From assembly GCA_963713825.1 (NCBI GenBank), contig CAVQNG010000003.1, positions 1,824,001 to 1,888,000 of the forward strand: 64,000 nt of DNA, in the 5' to 3' direction. A model generated the notes under the pieces. That model saw only the letters and a program-made list of their open reading frames with translations, was not told the DNA's origin and did not search any database. This document shows, piece after piece, positions 29,309 through 38,750 of the stretch (position 1 is the first letter of the stretch; every line of letters starts with the position of its first letter). This DNA is from an uncultured Acidobacteriota bacterium (lineage in GTDB: Bacteria; Acidobacteriota; Thermoanaerobaculia; Multivoradales; JAHEKO01). Both the position numbers and the translations under genes were made by a program.

Positions 29309-30114
29309 GTTTGGCCCCTCAGGTAGAGGATCGCTGTCACGAAGAGGTCCGCGGCGATGATGAGGACGATGGATCGCACCACCGCGCGCGTCGTCGACCG
29401 GCCGACCTCGTCAGCGCCGCCCTCCGTGTCGAGGCCCTGCTGACAGGAGACGAGCCCGATGATGGCGCCAAAGACCACGGCCTTGAGCACGCCGCCCCAG
29501 ACATCCTGTTGAACCAGCGCGGCGAGGCTATCCGTGAGATAGCCATGAGCACCGAGGCCGAGAACGAAGACCCCGACCCCACAACCGCCCAGGATCCCCA
29601 AAAGGCCACTGAAGATGGTGAGCGCCGGTACTGCCACAATCAGGCTGATCATCCGGGGTACCACCACCAGACTCACCGGGTCGATCCCCATGACGGTGAG
29701 CGCGTCGATCTCCTGGGAGATCTTCATGGTGCCCAATTCCGCCGTGATGGCCGAGCCGACGCGACCGGCCACCAGGATGGCTGTGAGCAACGGAGCCAGC
29801 TCGCGTGTCATGGAGACCGCTACCAGATTGGCCACCAGATTCGTCACCCCCATCTGACGCAGCTGATAGGCCGACTGGAGCGCCAGAATCATGCCAATGA
29901 GGAGCGAGATCAACGCCACGAGGGCCAGCGAGCTGTTGCCAGCCGCAGTGATTTGTCCCGCTGTGGTGTTGACCCGCAGCCGGCCACCGCGCAGCGGCAC
30001 CATGATGGTGCGTACCAGAGCCGTCGAACCGACCTGCCACAGACGGCCGGCGTCGTGAAGGAACGCCAGCACCCTGGAACCGGACCAGGTCAGGATCTGG
30101 GTCAGCATTCTCAA
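29305..30114 (-). CDS. mlaE: MlaE-like ABC permease
   Basis: RELAPLLTAILVAGRVGSAITAELGTMKISQEIDAL, VGRSTTRAVV. Confidence 0.92.
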   Translation of the reverse strand: MRMLTQILTWSGSRVLAFLHDAGRLWQVGSTALVRTIMVPLRGGRLRVNTTAGQITAAGNSSLALVALISLLIGMILALQSAYQLRQMGVTNLVANLVAVSMTRELAPLLTAILVAGRVGSAITAELGTMKISQEIDALTVMGIDPVSLVVVPRMISLIVAVPALTIFSGLLGILGGCGVGVFVLGLGAHGYLTDSLAALVQQDVWGGVLKAVVFGAIIGLVSCQQGLDTEGGADEVGRSTTRAVVRSIVLIIAADLFVTAILYLRGQT

Positions 30115-30488
30115 TGCTTGATCTGCTGATGGACATCGTCCATACAGCCGAAACAGCGCATCAGGGCTTCCTCGAAGCCGGCGAGCTTGAAGACTCTTGT
30201 CACCGCGTCGTTGGCCCCTACCAGAAAGAGCGCGGGACCCTGCTCGTAAGTCATCCTCAGGCCCTCGAGCAGCACCGCCATGGCGGCCGTGTCGAACCGG
30301 TCCACCTTGCTGAGCTCGACGACGAGATTGCGGTCCGGGTGGGCTTCGATGGCCTCGAATAGCTGGCGCCGCAGCTCTGGAGCCTCACGGAATGTCACTG
30401 ACCCCTGTAGGGTCAGCATTGCCGTGTATGTGCCGGCCTGAGGTTCGTAGTCGATCTCGAACCGAGGCGGATCAACGAGTGTTTGCAT
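30111..30488 (-). CDS. STAS-domain protein (MlaB/anti-sigma antagonist-like)
   Basis: VVELSKVDRFDTAAMAVL, RVFKLAGF; overlaps the mlaE start; start could be 30506. Confidence 0.8.
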   Translation of the reverse strand: MQTLVDPPRFEIDYEPQAGTYTAMLTLQGSVTFREAPELRRQLFEAIEAHPDRNLVVELSKVDRFDTAAMAVLLEGLRMTYEQGPALFLVGANDAVTRVFKLAGFEEALMRCFGCMDDVHQQIKH

Positions 30489-30560
30489 GCCGTGCGAGTC
30501 TACCATCGGCTCCAGCGCCTGGCTCTCGGCGGGGTCCAGACTGGAGGCGCCCGTCGATTC

Positions 30561-31295
30561 CTATTTGACTTCCTCGAAGACGCTCATTGTCTCGTCCTTG
30601 ACACCATCTTCGGTTTTGGCCTGTGCCCCTGCAGGGGAGGCAAGAAAGGTCTGAAACGCCTCCATGTCCTCGACATCGATCATCAGCTCGACGAGATTGG
30701 GATTGTCGGAATTCTGAAAGACCCGGACATGTGGCGCCCCATGTTGTGCGAACAGCTCGTGCCGGCTGTCCTCACCCTGCCAAGAGGCCAGCCAGCGATC
30801 GGCATCTTCCACCTCATGCGCGATGGCCAGGGTCGTGCCGCCTGAGCCTCGAGCCGGGAGGTCACTACTGAACTGGTCGTTGCTGATCTTCCACTCGCCA
30901 TCGACAAGTCGCCAGGTCTCGATGAACTTCCCCTGGTCGGCAGTCGTGCCATCGGCTGTCATCAGCGTGTAGGTCCCAACGTGATAGCCGATGTCGCCGG
31001 CTGCCCTGATCTCGATGGTCTCGATCCCGCCTCCGAGGCCGGCGTCGATCATTTCACCGAAGATTGCCCGAACAGCGTCGTGACCGACTGCGAGCTCAGC
31101 GTTTGGCGGTAGTACCCGGGCGTCAGCCCAATAGGTCGCTACTACGCCTTCGACGTCACCTGCGTTGAGGGCCGTTAACCAGCCCTCGGCAGCTGCGGCT
31201 ATTTCAGGGCTATCCTGTGATCCCTGCGGGGCAGGGGCACAGGCGGCCACACCGACGATCACAAGTAATGCTGTTGTCAGATTCAAGAACTTCAT
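30561..31295 (-). CDS. Lipoprotein with DUF4440/SnoaL (NTF2-like) domain plus small C-terminal alpha/beta domain
   Basis: Lipobox VAAC; ALNAGDVE, GKFIETWRLVDGEWKI; second domain HEVEDADRW. Confidence 0.78.
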   Translation of the reverse strand: MKFLNLTTALLVIVGVAACAPAPQGSQDSPEIAAAAEGWLTALNAGDVEGVVATYWADARVLPPNAELAVGHDAVRAIFGEMIDAGLGGGIETIEIRAAGDIGYHVGTYTLMTADGTTADQGKFIETWRLVDGEWKISNDQFSSDLPARGSGGTTLAIAHEVEDADRWLASWQGEDSRHELFAQHGAPHVRVFQNSDNPNLVELMIDVEDMEAFQTFLASPAGAQAKTEDGVKDETMSVFEEVK

Positions 31296-31459
31296 CTCAA
31301 CCCCCTTAGACGTAAATGCAAACCGAGCCACGAACCGACGCGGCCGGCAGACAGTTGTTCACCGTCTTTCGTACGAATTGTTGACGACAGCCTATCCGAT
31401 CCACCGGCGAGATGCACTCGCGGTGGCGGCACCGCCACATCGTGGGGAGGCTTTGGGCC

Positions 31460-31975
31460 TTACTGGATCGACAGAATCTGGATGTCGAAGTTCAGCGTCT
31501 GCCCAGCCAACGGATGATTGAAGTCCAGGATGATGGTTTCTTCCTTCACCTCGTGGACGCGAACTGGATGTTCCTGCCCATCAGGACCGGCAGCCATCAG
31601 CATGATGCCCGGAGTTCTGGCGTCCTCGGGTAGCTTGTCCATCGGGACTTCCTGGAAAGCCTCGGGGTTGACGGGGCCGTAGCCCTGCTCGGCGGTCAAT
31701 TGGATCTGTTTCGAATCACCGACTTTGGCTCCGAGAAGGGCCTCCTCGAGTGCGGGCAGGATCTCGCCGGTGCCCTGCGTGAAGGTGAGCGGATTGCCTC
31801 CGACATTGCTGTCGACGGCCGTACCGTCCTCCAACGACAGGGTGTATTCGATGCCAACCGAGCTGCCGTCCTCGATCATTACGGTCTGATCATCCTGGGC
31901 CCGAATGGCTGCAGTGGCAAGAAGGGCCAACGCGAGGCCCGAAAGTGCGAGGCGAGAGATCGATGTGCGAAGCAT
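31460..31975 (-). CDS. FKBP-type PPIase of the SlyD subfamily with N-terminal signal peptide
   Basis: IEYTL, GEILPALEEAL, AEQGYG, LDFNHPLAGQTLNFDI. Confidence 0.85.
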   Translation of the reverse strand: MLRTSISRLALSGLALALLATAAIRAQDDQTVMIEDGSSVGIEYTLSLEDGTAVDSNVGGNPLTFTQGTGEILPALEEALLGAKVGDSKQIQLTAEQGYGPVNPEAFQEVPMDKLPEDARTPGIMLMAAGPDGQEHPVRVHEVKEETIILDFNHPLAGQTLNFDIQILSIQ

Positions 31976-32180
31976 TACTTTCCCCTTGATCGGTCTGTGC
32001 TGGTAGGTGGCCCAGGCGTCCATGTCGAGGTGGGTGAGCACTGGGACGGGAACGCGGCGACTATCCGCGCCCGCATGGTAGCACTTCCGCTACCTACTGC
32101 GGTGTGGCCGACCAGACATTCGTGTCGCCGGCTTCGGTAGAGACCGGCCTGCCCTCTGGCGTTGGAGAAGTGCCGGGCAC

Positions 32181-32960
32181 CTATTCAGACGGGTTTGAGC
32201 TCTGCGGATCTGTGGCACTCTCACGGATCGCCTCTACGAGGTGCTCGATGCTGAAGGCCACGACGATGCCGGAATTGCCTTTGGCGTAGAGGTCTTTGTA
32301 GATCTCGGCGTGCGGGTCGCGCAAGTCTTCTCTCTTGACCACGGGCAAAGCGTCCCAGCGATAGCCAATGAGGACTCCGGCAATACGGGGCTCCGACTCA
32401 CCTTTGGGGTAGAAGACGACGGGTCCGCCGGAGAAACCGGGATTGTTGTGACCATCGACGTAGAGGATGACGGCCCGCGGATTGCGGCTGTCGATGGCGG
32501 AGAGTATGCCTGTCTTGACGAAAGGAATCTCCGAGATCTGAGCACCGGAGGTTTCGGCTGTTCTCAGCCCGAACGGAAAGCCGATGAAATAGACCTGCTG
32601 AGCGAGCTCCAGTTGGTCTACCGTCGACCACGCTGTCGACTCGGGTGAGAGCCGCTCGTTCAAAGCAATGGCTACCGCCGCCACCTCACTGCTTTGCGGA
32701 CGAATGGCTTTCCCGGTGAGGCTCTTCCAGCTGTTACCGAGCCAAAGATCGATGGTGCATTCCGGGCACCCTGCCGGGAGCAGGTGATCCACCGTAACCA
32801 GGTACTGCTGCGAGTCGATGTCGAGCGTGAAGGCCGTGCCGAACTCCTGGCCGATGCGAATTCGAAATACCCGGGTCAGGACCTCATTGGCCGGCAGTTG
32901 TCCCAGCGCCGCGGACACTCCCGATAGAACAAGGACCAGAGCTAGTGAGAACTTGCGCAT
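32181..32960 (-). CDS. Secreted trypsin-like serine protease
   Basis: Signal peptide; GTAF, LVTVDHL, FIGFPFG, NNPGFSGGPV. Confidence 0.8.
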   Translation of the reverse strand: MRKFSLALVLVLSGVSAALGQLPANEVLTRVFRIRIGQEFGTAFTLDIDSQQYLVTVDHLLPAGCPECTIDLWLGNSWKSLTGKAIRPQSSEVAAVAIALNERLSPESTAWSTVDQLELAQQVYFIGFPFGLRTAETSGAQISEIPFVKTGILSAIDSRNPRAVILYVDGHNNPGFSGGPVVFYPKGESEPRIAGVLIGYRWDALPVVKREDLRDPHAEIYKDLYAKGNSGIVVAFSIEHLVEAIRESATDPQSSNPSE

Positions 32961-33030
32961 CGAATACACCCCTTGCCATCGCATTCTGGATCGCAGGATA
33001 CACCCTCACGGGTATGGAATACTCACCGAC

Positions 33031-33951
33031 ATGGGCAAAGAGACTGTCTCGCCTCTTCCCCTGATCTTGCTCCTGGCGGTCGGCCTGATGAGTGTCGTCT
33101 CGCACGCCCAGGAGCTGACGCCACGGGCCTATTGGCCGGCGCCGAAGGGCACGAAGGTGATGACCTTCGCCTACCAGTACTCGACGGGCGACATCCTGAT
33201 GGACCCATCGCTGCCGATCATCGGTGTGGACTCCAGGATCAACCTCACACAGTTCTCCTACCTGCAAACGATCAACCTGGCAGGCCGCACCGCCACCGTG
33301 CAGTTCAGCGTGCCCTACTCATGGGGGACGACGGAAGGTGTGGTCGATGGGGTGGATCGAAGTCGGTACGTCGCCGGGTGGGCCGACGCGCGGGCACGCC
33401 TGTCCGTCAATCTACTGGGTGCGCCGACGATGGGCCCAGCCGAATTTCAGCAGCTGCGCGCCAATCCGCGACCCATCGTGGGGGCGAGTCTTCAGGTCTC
33501 GGTGCCGACCGGCGTCTACGAAGAAGAGAGACTGATCAACGTCGGAACCAATCGATGGGCGATCAAGCCCGCTGTCGGGTATATCCACCCGATAACGAAG
33601 ACGTGGCTTTCCGAGCTCGATCTGGGCGTTTGGCTCTTCGGCGACAACGACGAGTTCCTGGGGTTGACGCGCGAGCAGGAGCCGATTGCATCAGGCGAGT
33701 TCCACCTGGTGAAGAGGGTCAAGCCCGGCTTCTGGTTCTCTTTGGATCTGAACTACTACTACGGTGGCCGAACCGTCATCGATGGCGACGAGAGGGCGGA
33801 TCTACAGCGCAACTCGAGGGCCGGCCTCACCCTGATGTTTCCGTGGAAACGGCACCACGCACTCCGAGCTAGCGGCAGTGCTGGCACCGTCACCTCCTCT
33901 GGCGGTGATTTCGACTTGTTCAGCCTGGTCTACATCTACGCCTGGAACTAA
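33031..33951 (+). CDS. Outer-membrane beta-barrel, MetA-pathway/phenol-degradation transporter family
   Basis: Signal peptide; QELTPRAYWPAPKG, PTGVYEEERLINVGTNRW; aromatic C-terminus YIYAWN. Confidence 0.82.
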   Translation: MGKETVSPLPLILLLAVGLMSVVSHAQELTPRAYWPAPKGTKVMTFAYQYSTGDILMDPSLPIIGVDSRINLTQFSYLQTINLAGRTATVQFSVPYSWGTTEGVVDGVDRSRYVAGWADARARLSVNLLGAPTMGPAEFQQLRANPRPIVGASLQVSVPTGVYEEERLINVGTNRWAIKPAVGYIHPITKTWLSELDLGVWLFGDNDEFLGLTREQEPIASGEFHLVKRVKPGFWFSLDLNYYYGGRTVIDGDERADLQRNSRAGLTLMFPWKRHHALRASGSAGTVTSSGGDFDLFSLVYIYAWN

Positions 33952-33963
33952 CGCCAGATCTCG

Positions 33964-34935
33964 CTACTGCACCGTGGATGTCCACCCGGACATGTCACCG
34001 CTCTCGAAGCCGTCTGCAAACAGGGCCTTGGAGCTGGTCATCGACAGGCTCCAGTAGAGGCCGCCCGAGAGCGCTTCGTAGTCGTCGCCCGGCGGTGGTG
34101 CTGCTTGCCCCCAGTGGGGATGGCCGGATGCGTCCGTGCCCGCGCCCCATCCTACGACCGTGCCGTTGGATTTCCGGGCGAGGCCGTGAATGTAGCCGGC
34201 CGAGATCTCCACGAAGTCGTTACCGGCAGGTACCACGTCCAGATCGTGGTCCCAGGGGTCGTCGCCCCAGTGGACGATCGAGCCGTCGCTGGCCAGCGCC
34301 AGACAGTAGTCATGACCGGCAGAGACTTGGGTATAGGTGCCGGAGGCGGGCTGTCCCGAGGTACCTCCCACGTAGCCCCAGCTGACCACAGTGAGGTTCG
34401 AGCGCAGGGCCACCGCATGCCTGTCTCCGGCGGCGACCTGAATGAAGTCGGTACCTGCCGGAACGTTGGTGACCTGACCGTAGTTGTCGTTGCCCCAAGC
34501 GACGATCGAACCGTTGGTGGCCAACGCCACGGCGTAGAACTCTCCGCCATCGACTGCCGTGTAGGTCCCCGCAGGAACAAGATCGACTCCATCCGGGTCA
34601 TCACCCCAGTGGACGATCGTGCCATCGTCCTGGATGGCCAGGCTGAAATCACCGCCCGCGCCGATCGCCTTGCACGTTCCGAGAGTCGCCGGGGGGACGT
34701 TCTGGCCATCGTGATCCTGGCCCCATGCCACAACGGTGCCATCGGCCTTGAGGGCCACGCCGTGCTCGTCGCCTGCCGCGATGGCGATGAAGTCACTGCC
34801 GGCCGGCGTGTCGGTGACCTGATTGACGTAGTCCCCACCCCAGGCCCTGAGCTCGTAGCCCAGCGCGAATTGACTCGAGAAACCCAGCAATAGCAAGGAA
34901 ACCAGAACTGCGAGCTGCTCTCTCGACACTCTCAT
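33964..34935 (-). CDS. Secreted RCC1/BLIP-II-like repeat beta-propeller with DGFESGD tail
   Basis: Signal peptide; repeats AIAAG.EH.VALK.DGTVVAWG; ends LFADGFESGDMSGWTSTVQ. Confidence 0.85.
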   Translation of the reverse strand: MRVSREQLAVLVSLLLLGFSSQFALGYELRAWGGDYVNQVTDTPAGSDFIAIAAGDEHGVALKADGTVVAWGQDHDGQNVPPATLGTCKAIGAGGDFSLAIQDDGTIVHWGDDPDGVDLVPAGTYTAVDGGEFYAVALATNGSIVAWGNDNYGQVTNVPAGTDFIQVAAGDRHAVALRSNLTVVSWGYVGGTSGQPASGTYTQVSAGHDYCLALASDGSIVHWGDDPWDHDLDVVPAGNDFVEISAGYIHGLARKSNGTVVGWGAGTDASGHPHWGQAAPPPGDDYEALSGGLYWSLSMTSSKALFADGFESGDMSGWTSTVQ

Positions 34936-35110
34936 GCGTCGCCTCCTCGAGGTAAAGGCGCGGGTTCGATACCGATGCCTGGCAAGGCAGTGCCGACCTG
35001 AAACGCTCGGCCGGCACCTCTGAAAGGTACCTTTGATCTAGCGGGGTGTCACTACCCGTTTGGGGAGGTTGCCCTCAGTGGGATGAGGCAGGTCTCCTGA
35101 CTCGAGTCCA

Positions 35111-36598
35111 CTACTGGGGGTCGCCCAGAAACCTGACCATCCGCACCATTGCCTCGGTGTCGAGCTGGCAGTACTCCAGGAGACGGGCTCGGAGTTGCTC
35201 GCGGCGCTCGGGCGAGGTTCTCTGGTCGATTGCCTCGAGGTAGGAGTTGGAGGCCGCGGATCCGTCCTGAATCTCTTCGAGGGCCGAGTAGTCGAGGTCC
35301 GGAGCAAACGTTGGCAGCACAGCCTTGACTGACCAGGAACCGAGCATGTCGGGGTGGTAGTAGTTCTCTTTGACGACAGGGTGGAGATCGACGAGCCGGT
35401 CTAGAACGGACTCCAGACCTGCAGCGAGATCAGGAAAGCGCTCGGCCAGATGCAGAATAACTTTTCTCTCGTAGGGGGTGTACATCAAGACCGGGCCATC
35501 GGTTCCCAGTACCTCGACCAAGCTCTCCGTCAGGGGCCGCATTGGCGGCTCGCCCGACAGATCGAGGAACTCCTCGTGCCGTAGGCTGCCATCGGCCTCT
35601 TCAATGTGGCATGACCACTGCACGGCCAGGGTCTCGTAGGGATGCGTCCCGGGCCAGATCGGTACAGCCGGAGCGATCGTCTCGAAGTCCAGGTAGTAGC
35701 GGGGAAAGGGGAGCTCTTGAACGAAGGCTTCAGCGCCATCGAGCAACTCGGCCTCGCCTGTCACGGTCACCCGGTGGATGCGTAGGCGAGTCTCACTTCC
35801 CTCCAACTCGACTGCCGGCACATCACGAATGTCCTGGTAGCCGGCGGTCACGAAGTGCCCCAGTCTCTCCTTCGATCCGCCCAGACCCTGAACCGGGTAC
35901 TTCGTCTCCGTCGGCCAGCACTGATCGAAGAAAGGGCAGAGATAGGGTGTCGTGCAGTGTTGTCCGACGGCAACCTCAGGTACCTCTCCGGCAGCAGCCT
36001 CTCTGGCGAGCTCTACCCAGGTGGGCACCGAATCCTGCAGCTCGGCCACCTCTGAAGTGAGGTCTGCCTCGACCAGAAGGCCGGAATAGTCTTCGCCGCC
36101 CGGATACTCGAAGGTATTGTCGACATGGGCCAGGGCGATCTCTCCCAGGTCATATCCCAAGCCCCGAAAGACCCAGGCTTGAACCGCGCAGTCCTCGAGA
36201 TGCTCGTCTTTGAGCTTTGTCGATGCCTTGACCTCGACGATCTTCCATTTCGGGCTATCTGGGTTTGGGCCCTCCGGCATCAGCACGTCCAGTCGCACGA
36301 GGACGCCGCCATGGGAGAAGGTCGCCTCGAAGATCGGCTCGCTCACGCCGGCTCGCATCAGCCGTTCCGTGTCGCGTAGAGCCTTGGCGAGGCCTGGACC
36401 GTACTCGATCAGAATCCCTCGACCCTGGCCATAGATCTCCTGTGCGACATCGCCAACTCGGTGTCCAATGTCGAACGCCCTCTGCGTTGTCGGTGTGATC
36501 TCGCGCAGCTCTGGATGTTGCACTTCGAACCACAACCGCTTGCGGCACTGCAACGCCGACATGATCTTGGTCTTCGACAGCTGCATCGTCCGACCCAT
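35111..36598 (-). CDS. DUF2779-domain protein: Cas4/RecB-like PD-(D/E)XK nuclease plus RNase H-like domain
   Basis: LSKT....LQC.KRLW, RLDVL, IVEVKAST, C-x5-C-x5-C (HCTTPYLCPFFDQC), YYLDFET, GSWSVKAVLP, LLEYCQLDT. Confidence 0.82.
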   Translation of the reverse strand: MGRTMQLSKTKIMSALQCRKRLWFEVQHPELREITPTTQRAFDIGHRVGDVAQEIYGQGRGILIEYGPGLAKALRDTERLMRAGVSEPIFEATFSHGGVLVRLDVLMPEGPNPDSPKWKIVEVKASTKLKDEHLEDCAVQAWVFRGLGYDLGEIALAHVDNTFEYPGGEDYSGLLVEADLTSEVAELQDSVPTWVELAREAAAGEVPEVAVGQHCTTPYLCPFFDQCWPTETKYPVQGLGGSKERLGHFVTAGYQDIRDVPAVELEGSETRLRIHRVTVTGEAELLDGAEAFVQELPFPRYYLDFETIAPAVPIWPGTHPYETLAVQWSCHIEEADGSLRHEEFLDLSGEPPMRPLTESLVEVLGTDGPVLMYTPYERKVILHLAERFPDLAAGLESVLDRLVDLHPVVKENYYHPDMLGSWSVKAVLPTFAPDLDYSALEEIQDGSAASNSYLEAIDQRTSPERREQLRARLLEYCQLDTEAMVRMVRFLGDPQ

Positions 36599-36621
36599 GC
36601 GTTCAGCTTGTCACAGGGAGC

Positions 36622-37074
36622 CTACCCTCGGGCGAGCCCCTTCAGGATCTCCTTCCGAAGGCCCTCGATGATGGCAACGAGAGTCCGGCGTTTCCGCGCC
36701 TTGACTGGGGGCCTGGAGATCGACGCGAGCTTGAACCTGACCGTTGGAGGATAGCCGGCCATGAGCATCAGAGCCTTCCATTCGGGCCCGTGCGGCCGGA
36801 TCGAGCTACCGTGGAGGTGATGAGCCGCGAGGTGCGCGGCCTCGTGGCAGAGAACCTCCTGGACCAGGGCGTCCGAATCCTCCAGGACGAATTGTGCTAT
36901 CCGAATCAAGTTGCGCTCGGGGTAGCACCGGCCCAGCGAGCGGGTCATACGGGAGCTGAACTCGACGGTGATCTGCGCGGCCAGATCGTCGGCAGCCCAG
37001 ACGTGGCACCAGCTCTGGAGGGCCCGGTGGATGTCTACCGACAATTGCCTTCGGATGGGAACGGTGGCGGCCAT
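36622..37074 (-). CDS. SprT-like zinc metalloprotease
   Basis: FSSRMTRSLG, LCHEAAHL (HExxH), PHGPEWKALM. Confidence 0.85.
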   Translation of the reverse strand: MAATVPIRRQLSVDIHRALQSWCHVWAADDLAAQITVEFSSRMTRSLGRCYPERNLIRIAQFVLEDSDALVQEVLCHEAAHLAAHHLHGSSIRPHGPEWKALMLMAGYPPTVRFKLASISRPPVKARKRRTLVAIIEGLRKEILKGLARG

Positions 37075-37083
37075 GAGAGCGGG

Positions 37084-38277
37084 TCAGATTCTAACCGTCA
37101 TTCCGAGGTGTCCTGAATAGGTGGAGATCGCAGATCGCACCGCGTGCTGGGTTGCGGTGGAGGGATCTCTGCTTTCGAAGACGAGGGATAGAACATCCAG
37201 GCACTTGCGTTGGCGGTCGGCTTTCAGATCGACCCGGGCCACGAGCTCGTCGCCGACAAGCACCGGCAGACAGTAGTACCCGTACTGACGACTCGCCGCC
37301 GGCTTGAAGATCTCGAGCACTTGATGGAAATCGAAGAGTCGTTGGGTGCGAGCCCGATCCCAAAGGACGGGATCGAACGGTGAGAGGAGAACGCCCTTGC
37401 TCCGACGAACGCGCAAGCGAGAAAGGTCGTGCGCCAGCTCCAGATCCTCGGTCCGGATCCATCCCGAGAGCCGGCCACCGTTCTTGTCAACGAGGCTGCA
37501 GGCGACAATCGCCTCCATCTCGACCAGCTCGCGCAGCGCCAGTGCGAGCTCCTTCTTCCTGTTTCTGAGTCGCCAGGTCGCAGTCAGGGTCCCCGTCTGC
37601 GCCCAGCCATGACCGGCCAGCGCTCGAAGCAGAAGAGTCCGAAGAGAGGAGGGTAGATCGCGTGGTTGCTTTCTGAGCTCCGCTGGGATCACCCGCTCAG
37701 CGAGATCGAAGACGCGTTGAAAGCTGCGTCGTTCACGAATGGCCAGATCACCCCTCGACCACAAGGCGGACGCCACCTTCTTGGTGAGCTTCACGTCCCA
37801 GCCCGAGCCCGACTGGCCTTCGAGATCGAGGGACCGCAGCGGCCCTTCGTTCCGAATCCGATCCAAAAGACGCTGGGTGGCCTTTGGGTTCTCGCCGAGA
37901 ACATCCCCCCACCACGGGTGGTGGCGATACTCCTGCCGCCGAAACTCGAAGTAGGGGTAGAGCTCCATCGGCAGCCAACTGGCTTCGTGTCCCCAGTATT
38001 CGAACAGCGGCTCACCAGGGCTGAGGAGGGACTCGCAAACGGCGGGATCGATCCCCTCGAGTCGGGACATCAGCACCAGGGCGTGGCTGCGAGCTCCGGC
38101 GACGGCGACCGTATCCAACTGCAGGTAGCCGAATCGCCGAACCACCGCGAGGCAAGCCCGGCGGGCGGCCTTCTCCCGCAGGGGACCCCTGCTCGGCAGG
38201 CCCGTCAAGGCTGGTCGAAGCAGGCCCGCTCTCACGAGGGCCAGGCGTCTGGCTTGGCGGATGTCGATGCTTTCCAT
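37084..38277 (-). CDS. ycaQ: YcaQ/AlkZ-family (HTH_42) interstrand-crosslink DNA glycosylase
   Basis: LQLDTV (QxD), FEYWGHEAS, LLSPFDPVLWDR, RQYGYYCLPVL, RVDLKADR. Confidence 0.85.
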   Translation of the reverse strand: MESIDIRQARRLALVRAGLLRPALTGLPSRGPLREKAARRACLAVVRRFGYLQLDTVAVAGARSHALVLMSRLEGIDPAVCESLLSPGEPLFEYWGHEASWLPMELYPYFEFRRQEYRHHPWWGDVLGENPKATQRLLDRIRNEGPLRSLDLEGQSGSGWDVKLTKKVASALWSRGDLAIRERRSFQRVFDLAERVIPAELRKQPRDLPSSLRTLLLRALAGHGWAQTGTLTATWRLRNRKKELALALRELVEMEAIVACSLVDKNGGRLSGWIRTEDLELAHDLSRLRVRRSKGVLLSPFDPVLWDRARTQRLFDFHQVLEIFKPAASRQYGYYCLPVLVGDELVARVDLKADRQRKCLDVLSLVFESRDPSTATQHAVRSAISTYSGHLGMTVRI

Positions 38278-38335
38278 GATGGCGACCAGCAAGGGTATCC
38301 CAGAAGGGGGACCACGCTGGGTTCGCACTTTCTTG

Positions 38336-38388
38336 ATACCTAGTGAAACAAAGTATATGGTGTGACCGTATACATAGTTGAACGAAAG
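38336..38388. promoter_or_regulatory. Putative tandem PadR operators
   Basis: AT-rich atacctagtgaaacaaagtat (imperfect palindrome, 38336-38356) and atacatagttgaacgaaag (38370-38388) directly upstream of padR. Confidence 0.55.
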
Positions 38389-38396
38389 GAAAGACC

Positions 38397-38750
38397 ATGG
38401 AATCCCTGGAAAGAGAGCTCAGACGCGGCACTCTGGAGCTGCTCTTGCTCCGCATCCTGGCTGACGAGCCGACGTATGGCTACGAGCTCCTCAGCCGGTT
38501 GGGCAAACGCAGCAGTGGGCGGTTCAAGATCAAGGAAGGAACGCTTTATCCGGTGCTCTATCGGCTCGAGGATGCAGACCTGGTGGAGCCGGAGTGGGAG
38601 CAACGGGCCCGCGGCGCGGCGCGAAAGATCTATCGATTGACCACAGCGGGGCAGCAGCGGCTTGTCGAACTGACGACGGAATGGCAGGGCTTCGCTGCTG
38701 GCATCGAGAGCATTCTCTCTGGGCATACGCCCGAGAAGGAGGAAACATGA
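38397..38750 (+). CDS. PadR-family transcriptional regulator
   Basis: LRRGTLELLLL, YGYEL, EGTLYPVLYRLE, RKIYRLT..G. Confidence 0.93.
   Translation: MESLERELRRGTLELLLLRILADEPTYGYELLSRLGKRSSGRFKIKEGTLYPVLYRLEDADLVEPEWEQRARGAARKIYRLTTAGQQRLVELTTEWQGFAAGIESILSGHTPEKEET

Noticed and set aside
35085-35102. Minus-strand AGTCAGGAGACCTGCC resembles the cobalamin riboswitch B12 box
   Set aside because: The upstream aptamer core (GGGAA, CCC..ACTGT, GCCACTG) is absent because that region is DUF2779 coding sequence. The same bases translate as GLESGDL, so this is chance or a scrap of a DGFESGD tail.
35111-36598. Cas4-like motifs suggesting a CRISPR-Cas locus
   Set aside because: No repeat-spacer array and no cas1/cas2 or effector genes in the window.
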